64,000 bases of DNA from Flectonema sp. DT1601 (Eukaryota): positions 744,001 to 808,000 of the forward strand of contig OZ025792.1 of assembly GCA_964019425.1 (NCBI GenBank), read 5' to 3'. Shown piece by piece: positions 34,774 through 46,142 of the stretch. A model generated the notes under the pieces. That model ran no database searches. It was not told where the DNA came from and saw only the letters and a program-made list of their open reading frames with translations. Position numbers and translations under genes: made by a program. Position 1 is the stretch's first letter; each line of letters opens with the position of its first letter.

Positions 34774-37074
34774 ATGTATAATAGTTTTATTGCACGATGT
34801 TGGAATTCGTTTCTGCTGCTGTTCGCATCTGTAGATGACACGGAACTAGATTGCCGTCGTAAACGAGTAATGCTTGTGTTCTGTATTGTGGGATTGGCTA
34901 ATTTTATGACCCCTTCTCCGTTTTGGGGAATTTCGTGGCCGGTCGTAGCAAAGTGGCTCGGTGGGGTGAGCTCCTTGATTCTGATTATCAACTTGTACAT
35001 AACAAAGAAGATAACTGATCAAAAGATTGGTTTATTTGCGATATGTCATATGATAGCTATCGGAATTGGTGATTGGCTTACAAGTCAAGTACTGGACATC
35101 AGGATTTGGCCGGGAGTGGTTCTCTACGCAGATCTGCTACTGTTGTGTAATGTTCCTCGAAGTTATTCAGTGATCCTTATTACGAGTCTTTTTCCTTACC
35201 TCTTCTTGGATGCAACTGAACGAACACTTCGATTTGGTTTCTATGACTTGCCTTACGGTTCAACAGCTGCAGAACGCGCTGTTCCATGTGATTGCAGCAA
35301 CCCTCCTTGTCCCGTTAGTGCTGCAACCGCCTATTCCAGAGCAATCTATTGCTTCAGCATATTCATGTTGGATTTTATTATCACACGAGGATTTGCTGAT
35401 GGCATGCTGAAGGAGCAGAAGAAGCTCCGAGAGAGCTCAGAGTTAGCTGAGAAGGTTGTGAAATGTTTAGTTCGGTTCGATTTGGAACTGGCTGAAGATA
35501 TACTGCGGCAGTCTTGCGAAACAGAGATGGGGGAAGTGCTTCAACAGTTGCTCTGTAACTTGCGAGTGTACCGACCGTACTTGCCGACTGCCCTCTTCGA
35601 GTTCGAAGACAGGGCGTCAGTAGATGTCCCAGTTCCGGGGATTTCTGGAGAGGAAGTGGCCGTCGTCTTCACCGACATCAAGAGCAGCTCCTTCTGTTGG
35701 GAGGCTGCGCCCGAAGCGATGGCCCGGGCACTTCGCAGTCACAATGCGGCAATCACGCAGTGCATCGACAAGTATTCTGGTTATGAAGTGAAGACAATTG
35801 GTGATAGTTTCATGGTTGCTTTCTCATCCATAGTTGATGCTTGCAGCTTTGGTTTGAGTGTTCACGTGAAGCTGCTTGAGACTTCGTGGCCTCCCGAGTT
35901 GCTTGCGATCCCAATATGCATGCCAGACAGTTCTGGTGAGTGGGGCGGTCTGCGGGTTCGGATCGGTGTTGCGTGGGGAGAGGCGGTGGTGGAGCCGCAA
36001 CGAACTTCTGACAAGTTTGACTACTTTGGACCGATTGTAAATCAGGCGGCTCGCATTGAGAATGCCTGCGTTCCTGGATCTGTGTCTATCTCTGAGTCGG
36101 CGTACGATGAACTCCTGAAGTTGTCGACGGAGGATGGCGGCGTGTCTGAATTGCTGTCTGCGAATTGCATTCAAATGCCTGCCGTGGAACTCCGAGGAAT
36201 TGGGAAACGGAGATTGTGGACATTGGTTCCATCCTGCTTGCCAGTGAGGTGCCTGACTGTGGAAAGTGAGATCACTGGTGTTGCGATGTCCGCAGATGTA
36301 AAAAGCTTCAAATCAATTGAATCAGTTTCCACTATCTGTTCATCGAAGAAATGTGCAGACGATGACACCATGGATAAGCCAACTATTGGTGTTGCTCACG
36401 TGTCCATCCCCAGCAATGACGGAGAAATAGCCTTTGAGATGAACCAAGGATTGCAAAGAGTGATCACATCTTTAGAAAGAACTTCTGGCATAGTTATTTC
36501 TGTTGTCGGTTCATCTGTGGTGGCAGGTTGGAATGTCACAGGTCGGCAAGATAATCACATCGAATGCTGTTTCCGATTTGTGCACTACATCTCGAGGTAC
36601 GAGACGTCGCAATTCACAATTGGTGTTAGCAATGGGAGGGTTTGTTACGGTCGGGTTGGTGCTGTTGGTCAACGCTTTGTGACAGCTATCGGTCCCTGTG
36701 TTCCGTTGTCGGGAAGTCTCTGTTCTGCTGCGAAGGAACTCGGTACGTTCTGTCTTTACGCCTCAACTGATGAGTATCTCAGTAGTGCGACTTGTCAGCG
36801 ATTCTCTCGTGCTCTTCGCCCCGTTGATATCTGGACTTATAGTTGTAGTACTCTCCCTATTTCGATCTACCAGGTTAGACCTGAGGGAACAACTATCGAA
36901 GATCTGACATCCAATAACAACACATGGGAATGGTCTGATGATTATTGGGAGGCATTCCAAGCGAAGGATGTCATATCCATCGCTGCTGTTGAGGGTCGTG
37001 ATCCTGTTTTGACAAAAGTAGCGCATCTGCTTACGACTAATGCGCAATTGAAACATATAACAATATTAGAATAG
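34774..37074 (+). CDS. Multi-TM adenylate cyclase, paralogue 6
   Basis: 766-aa ORF with the same motifs. Confidence 0.92.
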   Translation: MYNSFIARCWNSFLLLFASVDDTELDCRRKRVMLVFCIVGLANFMTPSPFWGISWPVVAKWLGGVSSLILIINLYITKKITDQKIGLFAICHMIAIGIGDWLTSQVLDIRIWPGVVLYADLLLLCNVPRSYSVILITSLFPYLFLDATERTLRFGFYDLPYGSTAAERAVPCDCSNPPCPVSAATAYSRAIYCFSIFMLDFIITRGFADGMLKEQKKLRESSELAEKVVKCLVRFDLELAEDILRQSCETEMGEVLQQLLCNLRVYRPYLPTALFEFEDRASVDVPVPGISGEEVAVVFTDIKSSSFCWEAAPEAMARALRSHNAAITQCIDKYSGYEVKTIGDSFMVAFSSIVDACSFGLSVHVKLLETSWPPELLAIPICMPDSSGEWGGLRVRIGVAWGEAVVEPQRTSDKFDYFGPIVNQAARIENACVPGSVSISESAYDELLKLSTEDGGVSELLSANCIQMPAVELRGIGKRRLWTLVPSCLPVRCLTVESEITGVAMSADVKSFKSIESVSTICSSKKCADDDTMDKPTIGVAHVSIPSNDGEIAFEMNQGLQRVITSLERTSGIVISVVGSSVVAGWNVTGRQDNHIECCFRFVHYISRYETSQFTIGVSNGRVCYGRVGAVGQRFVTAIGPCVPLSGSLCSAAKELGTFCLYASTDEYLSSATCQRFSRALRPVDIWTYSCSTLPISIYQVRPEGTTIEDLTSNNNTWEWSDDYWEAFQAKDVISIAAVEGRDPVLTKVAHLLTTNAQLKHITILE

Positions 37075-37243
37075 TTGTCACATAACCTGAGACATGATTT
37101 GTTGAATGAAAGTTATTTTCTCTTTGCTGCTTTGAAAGGAGCAGAACTTATTTGTGAATCTTATCTTTTGAGCAACCGGTTGAATATTTCACTTGAGACG
37201 AGAATGATGGTATTTCCATACCTCATTGTTTTTGTCAATTTGT

Positions 37244-37372
37244 CATACTTGTACCCCTTTAAAGGGGGCAAAATAAAGGGGAAATTAAAGGGCTTTTAAT
37301 GCCCTTATATTTCCGTAATTCCAAAATAAGGGGGAAATAAAGGGCTTTGAATCCAAATAAAGGCCTTTTTTT
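37244..37372. other. 129-bp insertion flanked by a 51-bp direct duplication
   Basis: 37193-37243 is repeated at 37373-37423 (1 mismatch). The insert is absent from the equivalent spacers at 31894, 34505 and 39864. Confidence 0.7.
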
Positions 37373-37523
37373 TTGAGACGAGAATAATGGTATTTCCATA
37401 CCTCATTGTTTTTGTCAATTTGTTTATTCTTAACAAATAGATTCTGCTGATAATTTTGTTTTCTTTGTCGATAAGAAGCTGTTCTAAGGCATTGAACATT
37501 ACTAACTCCCTCTAGAAAGTAAT

Positions 37524-39863
37524 ATGTATAATAGTTTTATTGCACGATGTTGGAATTCGTTTCTGCTGCTGTTCGCATCTGTAGATGACACGGAACTAGA
37601 TTGCCGTCGTAAACGAGTAGTGCTTGCTTTCTCTGTTGTGGGACTGGCATTGTTTGTAGCGCCTTCAAGATGGATATGGGTTATGTCGTGGATTGTTGTT
37701 GCAAAGTGGATAAGTGGAGGGAGTGCTGCGGTTCTGATTATCAACTTGTACATAACAAAGAAGATAACTGATCAAAAGATTGCTTTGTTTACGATATGTC
37801 AAGTATTATCCATCCTCTTGGGTGATTGGTTTAGTGGTCAAGAACTGGACATCAGGACTTGGCCGGGAGTGGTTCTTTACGCAGATCTGCTACTGTTGTG
37901 TAATGCTCCTCGAAGATATTCAGTGATCCTTATTACGAGTCTTGTTCCTTACCTCTTCTTGGATGCAACTGAACGAGCACTTCGATTTGGTTTCTATGAC
38001 TTGCCTTATGGTGCAACAGCTGCAGAACGCGCTGTTCCATGTGATTGCAGCAACCCTCCTTGTCCCGTTAATGCTTCAGTGTCGGTATTCAAAGCATCTT
38101 TTTGCATCATCGTTTTCATGTTGGATTTTATGGTCACACGGGGATTTGCTGATGGCATGCTGACGGAGCAGAAGAAGCTCCGAGAGAGCTCAGAGTTAGC
38201 TGAGAAGGTTGTGAAATGTTTAGTTAGGTTCGATTTGGAACTGGCTGAAGATATACTGCGGCAGTCTTGCGAAACAGAGATGGGGGAAGTGCTTCAACAG
38301 TTGCTCTGTAACTTGCGAGTGTACCGACCGTACTTGCCGACTGCGCTCTTCGAGTTCGAAGACAGGGCGTCAGTAGATGTCCCAGTTCCGGGGATTTCTG
38401 GAGAGGAAGTGGCCGTCGTCTTCACCGACATCAAGAGCAGCTCCTTCTGTTGGGAGGTTGAACCCGAAGCGATGGCCCGGGCACTTCGCAGTCACAATGC
38501 GGCAATCACGCAGTGCATCGACAAGTATTCTGGTTATGAAGTGAAGACAATTGGTGATAGTTTCATGGTTGCTTTCTCATCCATAGTTGATGCTTGCAGC
38601 TTTGGTTTGAGTGTTCACGTGAAGCTGCTTGAGACTTCGTGGCCTCCCGAGTTGCTTGCGATCCCAATATGCATGCCAGACAGTTCTGGTGAGTGGGGCG
38701 GTCTGCGGGTTCGGATCGGTGTTGCGTGGGGAGAGGCGGTGGTGGAGCCGCAACGAACTTCTGACAAGTTTGACTACTTTGGACCGATTGTAAATCAGGC
38801 GGCTCGCATTGAGAATGCCTGCGTTCCTGGATCTGTGTCTATCTCTGAGTCGGCGTACGATGAACTCCTGAAGTTGTCGACGGAGGATGGCGGCGTGTCT
38901 GAATTGCTGTCTGCGAATTGCATTCAAATGCCTGCCGTGGAACTCCGAGGAATTGGGAAACGGAGATTGTGGACATTGGTTCCATCCTGCTTGCCAGTGA
39001 GGTGCCTGACTGTGGAAAGTATGGTTACTGGTAATCCAATGGAAACAGATAATCAAATAGTTGCGATGTCCGGAGATGTAAGAAGTTTTGAATCTGGGAG
39101 CTCTGTTTCTTCGGCTTATATGTCCGTAGGTCGAAGAAAAAGTTATGATGGGGATACAAGTTTGAGCTGCCCGATCATTGGTATCGCTCACATATCTGTT
39201 CATGCCGTTAATGAAATAGCCTTTGAGATGAACCAAGGATTGCAAAGAGTGATCACATCTTTAGAAAGAACTTCTGGCATAGTTATTTCTGTTGTCGGTT
39301 CATCTGTGGTGGCAGGTTGGAATGTCACAGGTCGGCAAGATAATCACATCGAATGCTGTTTCCGATTTGTGCACTACATCTCGAGGTACGAGACGTCGCA
39401 ATTCACAATTGGTGTTAGCAATGGGAGGGTTTGTTACGGTCGGGTTGGTGCTGTTGGTCAACGCTTTGTGACAGCTATCGGTCCCTGTGTTCCGTTGTCG
39501 GGAAGTCTCTGTTCTGCTGCGAAGGAACTCGGTACGTTCTGTCTTTACGCCTCAACTGATGAGTATCTCAGTAGTGCGACTTGTCAGCGATTCTCTCGTG
39601 CTCTTCGCCCCGTTGATATCTGGACTTATAGTTGTAGTACTCTCCCTATTTCGATCTACCAGGTTAGACCTGAGGGAACAACTATCGAAGATCTGACATC
39701 CAATAACAACACATGGGAATGGTCTGATGATTATTGGGAGGCATTCCAAGCGAAGGATGTCATATCAATCGCTGCTGTTGAGGGTCGTGATCCTGTTTTG
39801 ACAAAAGTAGCGCATCTGCTTACGACTAATGCGCAATTGAAACATATAACAATATTAGAATAG
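37524..39863 (+). CDS. Multi-TM adenylate cyclase, paralogue 7
   Basis: 779-aa ORF with the same motifs. Confidence 0.92.
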   Translation: MYNSFIARCWNSFLLLFASVDDTELDCRRKRVVLAFSVVGLALFVAPSRWIWVMSWIVVAKWISGGSAAVLIINLYITKKITDQKIALFTICQVLSILLGDWFSGQELDIRTWPGVVLYADLLLLCNAPRRYSVILITSLVPYLFLDATERALRFGFYDLPYGATAAERAVPCDCSNPPCPVNASVSVFKASFCIIVFMLDFMVTRGFADGMLTEQKKLRESSELAEKVVKCLVRFDLELAEDILRQSCETEMGEVLQQLLCNLRVYRPYLPTALFEFEDRASVDVPVPGISGEEVAVVFTDIKSSSFCWEVEPEAMARALRSHNAAITQCIDKYSGYEVKTIGDSFMVAFSSIVDACSFGLSVHVKLLETSWPPELLAIPICMPDSSGEWGGLRVRIGVAWGEAVVEPQRTSDKFDYFGPIVNQAARIENACVPGSVSISESAYDELLKLSTEDGGVSELLSANCIQMPAVELRGIGKRRLWTLVPSCLPVRCLTVESMVTGNPMETDNQIVAMSGDVRSFESGSSVSSAYMSVGRRKSYDGDTSLSCPIIGIAHISVHAVNEIAFEMNQGLQRVITSLERTSGIVISVVGSSVVAGWNVTGRQDNHIECCFRFVHYISRYETSQFTIGVSNGRVCYGRVGAVGQRFVTAIGPCVPLSGSLCSAAKELGTFCLYASTDEYLSSATCQRFSRALRPVDIWTYSCSTLPISIYQVRPEGTTIEDLTSNNNTWEWSDDYWEAFQAKDVISIAAVEGRDPVLTKVAHLLTTNAQLKHITILE

Positions 39864-40134
39864 TTGTCACATAACCTGAGACATGATTTGTTGAATGAAA
39901 GTTATTTTCTCTTTGCTGCTTTGAAAGGAGCAGAACTTATTTGTGAATCTTATCTTTTGAGCAACCGGTTGAATATTTCACTTGAGACGAGAATAATGGT
40001 ATTTCCATACCTCATTGTTTTTGTCAATTTGTTTATTCTTAACAAATAGATTCTGCTGATAATTTCGTTTTCTTTGTCGATAAGAAGCTTTTGTAAGGCA
40101 TTGAACATTACTAACTTCCCCTCTAGAAAGTAAT

Positions 40135-42480
40135 ATGTATAATAGTTTTATTGCACGATGTTGGAATTCGTTTCTGCTGCTGTTCGCATCTGTAGATGAC
40201 ACGGAACTAGATTGCCGTCGTAAACGAGTAGTGCTTGCGTTCTGTATTGTGGCACTTGGATTATTTCTAGTGCCTTCAAGATTGTTATGGGTTATGTCGT
40301 GGAGTATTGTAGCAAAGTGGATAAGCGGAGGGAGCGCTGCGGTTCTGATTAGCAACTTGTACATAACAAAAAGAATAACTGATCAAAAGATTGGTTTGTT
40401 TACGACGTGTCAAATGATATCCATCCTAATTGGTGATTGGTTGAGTGGTCAGTTGCTGGACATCAGGACTTGGCCGGGAGTGGTTCTTTACGCAGATCTC
40501 CTACTGTTGTGTAATGCTCCTCGAAGATATTCAGTGATCCTTATTACGAGTCTTGTTCCTTACCTCTTCTTGGATGCTGCAGAACGAATGTTTCGATTTG
40601 GTTTCTATGACATCCCTTATGGTTCAACAGCTGCAGAACGCGCTGTTCCATGTGATTGCAGCAACCCTCCTTGTCCCGTTAGTGCTGCAACGTCCCTTCT
40701 CAAAGCAACTTTTTGCATCATCGTTTTCTTGTTGGATTTCATGGTCACACGGGGATTTGCTGATGGCATGCTGACGGAGCAGAAGAAGCTCCGAGAGAGC
40801 TCAGAGTTAGCTGAGAAGGTTGTGAAATGTTTAGTTAGGTTCGATTTGGAACTGGCTGAAGATATACTGCGGCAGTCTTGCGAAACAGAGATGGGGGAAG
40901 TGCTTCAACAGTTGCTCTGTAACTTGCGAGTGTACCGACCGTACTTGCCGACTGCGCTCTTCGAGTTCGAAGACAGGGCGTCAGTAGATGTCCCAGTTCC
41001 GGGGATTTCTGGAGAGGAAGTGGCCGTCGTCTTCACCGACATCAAGAGCAGCTCCTTCTGTTGGGAGGTTGAACCCGAAGCGATGGCCCGGGCACTTCGC
41101 AGTCACAATGCGGCAATCACGCAGTGCATCGACAAGTATTCTGGTTATGAAGTGAAGACAATTGGTGATAGTTTCATGGTTGCCTTCTCATCCATAGTTG
41201 ATGCTTGCAGCTTTGGTTTGAGTGTTCACGTGAAGCTGCTTGAGACTTCGTGGCCTCCCGAGTTGCTTGCGATCCCAATATGCATGCCAGACAGTTCTGG
41301 TGAGTGGGGCGGTCTGCGGGTTCGGATCGGTGTTGCGTGGGGAGAGGCGGTGGTGGAGCCGCAACGAACTTCTGACAAGTTTGACTACTTTGGACCGATT
41401 GTAAATCAGGCGGCTCGCATTGAGAATGCCTGCGTTCCTGGATCTGTGTCTATCTCTGAGTCGGCGTACGATGAACTCCTGAAGTTGTCGACGGAGGTTG
41501 GCGGCGTGTCTGAATTGCTGTCTGCGAATTGCATTCAAATGCCTGCCGTGGAACTTCGAGGAATTGGGAAACGAGGATTGTGGACATTGGTTCCATCCTG
41601 CTTGCCAGTGAGGTGCCTGACTGTGGAAAGTGAGATCAGTGGTGTTGCGATGTCCGCGGATGTAAGAAGTTTTGGATCTGGTAGCTCTATGTCTTCAGCT
41701 TATTTGTCCGCAGGTCGAAGAAGAGGTAATGATGAGGATACATGTTTGTGCAAACAGACTATAAGTGTCGCTAACATATCTGTTCATGCCGTTAATGAAG
41801 TAACCTTTGAGATGAACCAAGGATTGCAAAGAGTGATCACATCTTTAGAAAGAACTTCTGGCATAGTTATTTCTGTTGTCGGTTCATCTGTGGTGGCAGG
41901 TTGGAATGTCACAGGTCGGCAAGATAATCACATCGAATGCTGTTTCCGATTTGTGCACTACATCTCGAGGTACGAGACGTCGCAATTCACAATTGGTGTT
42001 AGCAATGGGAGGGTTTGTTACGGTCGGGTTGGTGCTGTTGGTCAACGCTTTGTGACAGCTATCGGTCCCTGTGTTCCGTTGTCGGGAAGTCTCTGTTCTG
42101 CTGCGAAGGAACTCGGTACGTTCTGTCTTTACGCCTCAACTGGTGCCTCAACTGGTGACCTTTTTGGTTGTGCGACCGCCGACCATTTTTCGCGATATCT
42201 ACGTCCTGTTGATGAATGGAGTTTCACGTCTCCTGAAAATTGTATTGTATTAGTGTTAGTTTATCAAGTTAGACCTACAGAAATAATTGAGCAGGATATG
42301 GAATCCAGTCTCACATGGGGGTGGTCTGGTGATTATTGGGAAGCATTCCAAGCGAAAGATATCGTATCCATCGCTGCTGCTGTTGAGAGTTGTGATCCTG
42401 TTTTAGCCCATGTACTGAAATTGCTGTCTTCTGGATTGCACTTGAATTATGATTATACTGGAGTGACTCTGTCTCTTTAA
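40135..42480 (+). CDS. Multi-TM adenylate cyclase, paralogue 8
   Basis: 781-aa ORF with the same motifs and a 12-bp tandem duplication (ASTGASTG). Confidence 0.92.
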   Translation: MYNSFIARCWNSFLLLFASVDDTELDCRRKRVVLAFCIVALGLFLVPSRLLWVMSWSIVAKWISGGSAAVLISNLYITKRITDQKIGLFTTCQMISILIGDWLSGQLLDIRTWPGVVLYADLLLLCNAPRRYSVILITSLVPYLFLDAAERMFRFGFYDIPYGSTAAERAVPCDCSNPPCPVSAATSLLKATFCIIVFLLDFMVTRGFADGMLTEQKKLRESSELAEKVVKCLVRFDLELAEDILRQSCETEMGEVLQQLLCNLRVYRPYLPTALFEFEDRASVDVPVPGISGEEVAVVFTDIKSSSFCWEVEPEAMARALRSHNAAITQCIDKYSGYEVKTIGDSFMVAFSSIVDACSFGLSVHVKLLETSWPPELLAIPICMPDSSGEWGGLRVRIGVAWGEAVVEPQRTSDKFDYFGPIVNQAARIENACVPGSVSISESAYDELLKLSTEVGGVSELLSANCIQMPAVELRGIGKRGLWTLVPSCLPVRCLTVESEISGVAMSADVRSFGSGSSMSSAYLSAGRRRGNDEDTCLCKQTISVANISVHAVNEVTFEMNQGLQRVITSLERTSGIVISVVGSSVVAGWNVTGRQDNHIECCFRFVHYISRYETSQFTIGVSNGRVCYGRVGAVGQRFVTAIGPCVPLSGSLCSAAKELGTFCLYASTGASTGDLFGCATADHFSRYLRPVDEWSFTSPENCIVLVLVYQVRPTEIIEQDMESSLTWGWSGDYWEAFQAKDIVSIAAAVESCDPVLAHVLKLLSSGLHLNYDYTGVTLSL

Positions 42481-42496
42481 AAATATTAGGGAACAT

Positions 42497-42980
42497 CATA
42501 GATGGAAGTGCCCTACAATTTGGAGGGCGTGTAGGGCGCTTGTAGGGCGCTTTTAATATAAATATTATTTTGGAGGGCGCTTTTTTTTTACCTTTTTTAT
42601 TACTATAAGACAGCTAAATTGACGGGGACTTACACTGACGCACAAGTATTTTGACGCAGAAGCAAAAAAAAAATTTTGACATGCTTGGCAGTCTTTCGAA
42701 AAAGAGAAAAAAAGGTGTCACGGGGTTCGAACCCGAGACCTCCAGGTCATGGTTCGGCGGTCAACAATGGCAAAAACAATGGGCCACTCCTTGAGAGCTT
42801 CCGGAGCCTGCTGCAATCCCTGAAGCTGAAACTCATTTCAGTAGGCGATGCATCCCAGATCTACAAGGAGCTGATTAGCCCGCAGAATGCACCGAGTTTT
42901 GGCCCTATTTTGGCCCTACAAAATTTTGTGGCTGATTTTCACCAGGCGCCCTCCAAATTTGGAGGGCACTTCCATCTATG
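42497..42980. mobile_element. 484-bp MITE-like element
   Basis: TIR CATAGATGGAAGTGCCCT (18 bp perfect, ~33 bp imperfect). 6-bp TSD GAACAT at 42491-96 / 42981-86. Confidence 0.85.
42714..42790 (-). pseudogene. tRNA-like (tRNA-derived) sequence inside the MITE
   Basis: The minus strand reads ...CCATGACCTGGAGGTCTCGGGTTCGAACCCCG...TTTTTTT: a T-arm/B-box, a variable loop and a possible CAT anticodon, followed by an oligo-T. The 5' half is degenerate. Confidence 0.45.
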
Positions 42981-43527
42981 GAACATGCTATTTAAAGTAA
43001 AGGGGAATTACCTTTATTAGTACAATTCAATTACAAAACAATAAGTAGCAGCATTGCTGCATTGCTGTTTGTGTGAAGTCGGAGTGATGTATTTTGTCAT
43101 CCCTTTACGCAGACAGTTTCAGATTGTTTTTTTTTTTTTTTTAATTCTTTTTTCTTAAATCCTATTTTTGAGTTATAGCCCAAAATACTTCAATTCAATC
43201 AAGCAAGCAAACTTCTAACACACATAATCAGTTTTTTACTGAGTGTAAATATGGAGAGGTATACACAACTTGATCAGATATTATTTTGAGTGAACACTTC
43301 TGCAACTGCATTTGGACAATGTATTTCGGGCCATTGTATTGTAGTAGTTCTACGATTTTGATTTTGATCTGGTCAGTGGAATCCATTAAAAGTAATCTTT
43401 TCTAACCAATCTTCCTCTCTTGGTATATTCGCGTATACTTGGAAAAAAAAAAAAAAAAAAGCGGTTTTTTTTATTTTTTTTAAATAAAGTTTTTCACGAT
43501 ACTTCTCTTTAAAAGACTGTTTTGAAC

Positions 43528-43555
<28 letters not shown>

Positions 43556-43560
<5 letters not shown>

Positions 43561-45169
43561 ACACGGTGATCTCAGGAAGCGGTCATCGGACCCAGATTTA
43601 GTATGTGACACGGACCCACTAGTAGAGGTTCCCACGTATGATAGTAAGCCGGCTGTAAATGTAAAGCAGCTGTTGATTTTATTCATGGCAGTCAACTTTT
43701 TGTCGTACTTTGACAGAGGTTTAATTTCAGGAGTTCTAACTAAGATAAAGAGCGATGACAGAATGACTGAACACAACAACACTCTCTCTGATGCTAAGGC
43801 TGGAGTGGCAGTGTCAGCTTTTATGGCTGGATTTATGGTTTGCAGTCCGATATTTGCTTCTGTTGGTGGGATATTTAGGCCTTCTTACATTTGTGCTTGT
43901 GGTCTTCTGATTTGGTGTGGAGCAGTTTTGCTAACCGCTTTTTCATCAACGTATCCAATGTTGATTACAATCAGATCATTAGTTGGAATTGGAGAAGCTG
44001 CATACTGTGGGTATATACCAACAATGATTGACGACATCGCTCCAGAAGCTTCAAGGACATTATACATTGGTCTTTACTTCTCAATGATTCCAGTTGGTGC
44101 TGCTGTTGGTATGGCTGCTGGAGGTGTTATTGGTGGATACGATAATGTAATTGGATTCCATGGTTGGCAGTTTCCATTCGCACTAGAGTGTTTCTTGATG
44201 CTTCCTTTAGTGTTACTTATTATCAGAATACCTGCTCATGTTGGTAACGGATCCGCTAAGGGTATTTCTCAAAAGAAGTTAGAACCCGTTGGAATCAACT
44301 ACACCTTCGACAACGACCGAGCAAGTCAAAGCAGCTGGTCTCTCCCTCCTGCGACAACATCAGTCGATAAGCAATCGTATCCGAATGCTTGGGAAGCACT
44401 TAAGAAACTCGTAGCGAATCCTCTGTTCTTATTAACATCATTTGGGTATGCGATGTACACATTAGTATTAGGAGGAGTGTCTGCTTGGGGAATAGCATTC
44501 TTAGAGCAAGGACAGTTGAATATGTCTTCAGGAAGTGCAGCTATCGCCTTTGGACTAGTCACTGCATTTACTGGTTTAGCAGGGACTGCTGTCGGAGGTT
44601 GGTATGTTGATAAAGGAGGTGGCAGCAAAGGCAATACCGGAATGATTCGCTGCCATGTCTTCAACATCATAGCGATTATTATCTCAGTACCATTTGGACT
44701 TGGAGCTTTTCTGATGCCGTCTCTCCCTCCTTTTCTCATTTTGGTATTTTTTGCTGAATTCGCTTTATTCGCAACCACTTCTCCGATCAACGCAATTCTA
44801 TTGGAAACTGTCGCTACTGAAATGAGAACTTACGCGATGACCTTCAGCATTTTAATAATTCACGCGGCTGGTGATTTCCCGTCTCCTATTCTGATTGGTA
44901 GCGTCTCAGATTTATTCAGTCAGGGCTGTCCTGATCATAAAGACCAACCTACCTGTCTAGCAGACACGTTATCACATTGTAAGTGGTGTGTGTCGGATGA
45001 TAAAAATACGAAATCAATCTGCCGCAATGAAACACAACTTCGCAATGCGATGTTGATTTGCTACTCGATTCTGGCACTGGCGCCATTACTGTGGGGCTTA
45101 GCACTTTCAATTACGAAGATGAGAAAAAAGAAGGAAATGCAAGAATGCGCTGACGCTGAGGCGGAATAA
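43556..45169 (+). CDS. Spinster-family MFS transporter
   Basis: 537 aa with ~12 hydrophobic segments. Motifs NFLSYFDRG, RSLVGIGEA and IHAAGDFPSP. Confidence 0.88.
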
Positions 45170-46142
45170 TTAATAATTTTTTTTTTTTCAATTTTTTTAA
45201 GTTAAAAAAGCAGCGAGCCTGCGTGTTTCCTGACAGACATCAACCATAATGATACGGCTGTCAGGTTTAATCAATTATTGGGCAGCGTACATTCAATACA
45301 GGCGATTCATTTCATCTTTTTTATGACATTTTCTTGTGAGTTTGTTTTGCACTACTCAAGCAGGCGATTTTTTCGTAGCAAAGACTGCGCGCGAAATCCA
45401 CGTTTGTGATGCTTCTCATGCTATGTTGTTGTTGTTCTTTTATTTGTATTGCGAGAAAGTTACCCGCTGCTCAATAGTTGAGATGCACTCTTTTCCCCTA
45501 TTCTTTTTAAGTAGTTGTCGTAATGTTTAGCATCCTAACGTAAGTCTCATCCGGTTGGAGTTGGTGTTGTTTCACGAGGTGTATGAATAAGTTAATGATA
45601 GTTTTTATTTATTGATCTATTTATTTTTTTGCATTTTTATAACCTTTTTTCTTTTGACACAAGTCTGTCTGCTGCATAACTCGCTACGTCGTTGTCTCTA
45701 AGTTGGTGTAAGCACCTCAAGGTCAACGACTTGTTTGTACGGCGAGACTTCTCGGTCGCAGCTTCCAATCCTTTAAGCATCATGTTTCTTGTGACTCTAA
45801 CCAACAGGAAGCAATCGAGGTGCTGTCAGGATTTGGGTACTGCGGTTGTATTAAATAAACGTAACAAGAGTCAACCGTTCGACTGAATTCTAGTTCTTGT
45901 TTGTGTTGTTTTGTTCTATAGTTGCCTTCAGGGTTTTTTATAATATTATTCTTCTTTTGTGGAATGGTGGCATTTATGTTTCATAAAGAAAGGATTCATT
46001 TATTACTCTCGTCTCCCCCCTTGTGACATGTTTGTCTATGTCTCTGGACAAGGTGGATATGTTCTTCAGCTAAACACAATCTCAGTGATTGAGTCTACCC
46101 AAACCCTGCAGTCATCAGTTCTTATCTTTGTTTACTAATCGA

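Noticed and set aside
22370..41538. Recurrent antisense ORFs (MNAIRRQQF...) inside cyclase genes
   Set aside because: They are shadows of the near-identical catalytic block, with no independent coding signal.
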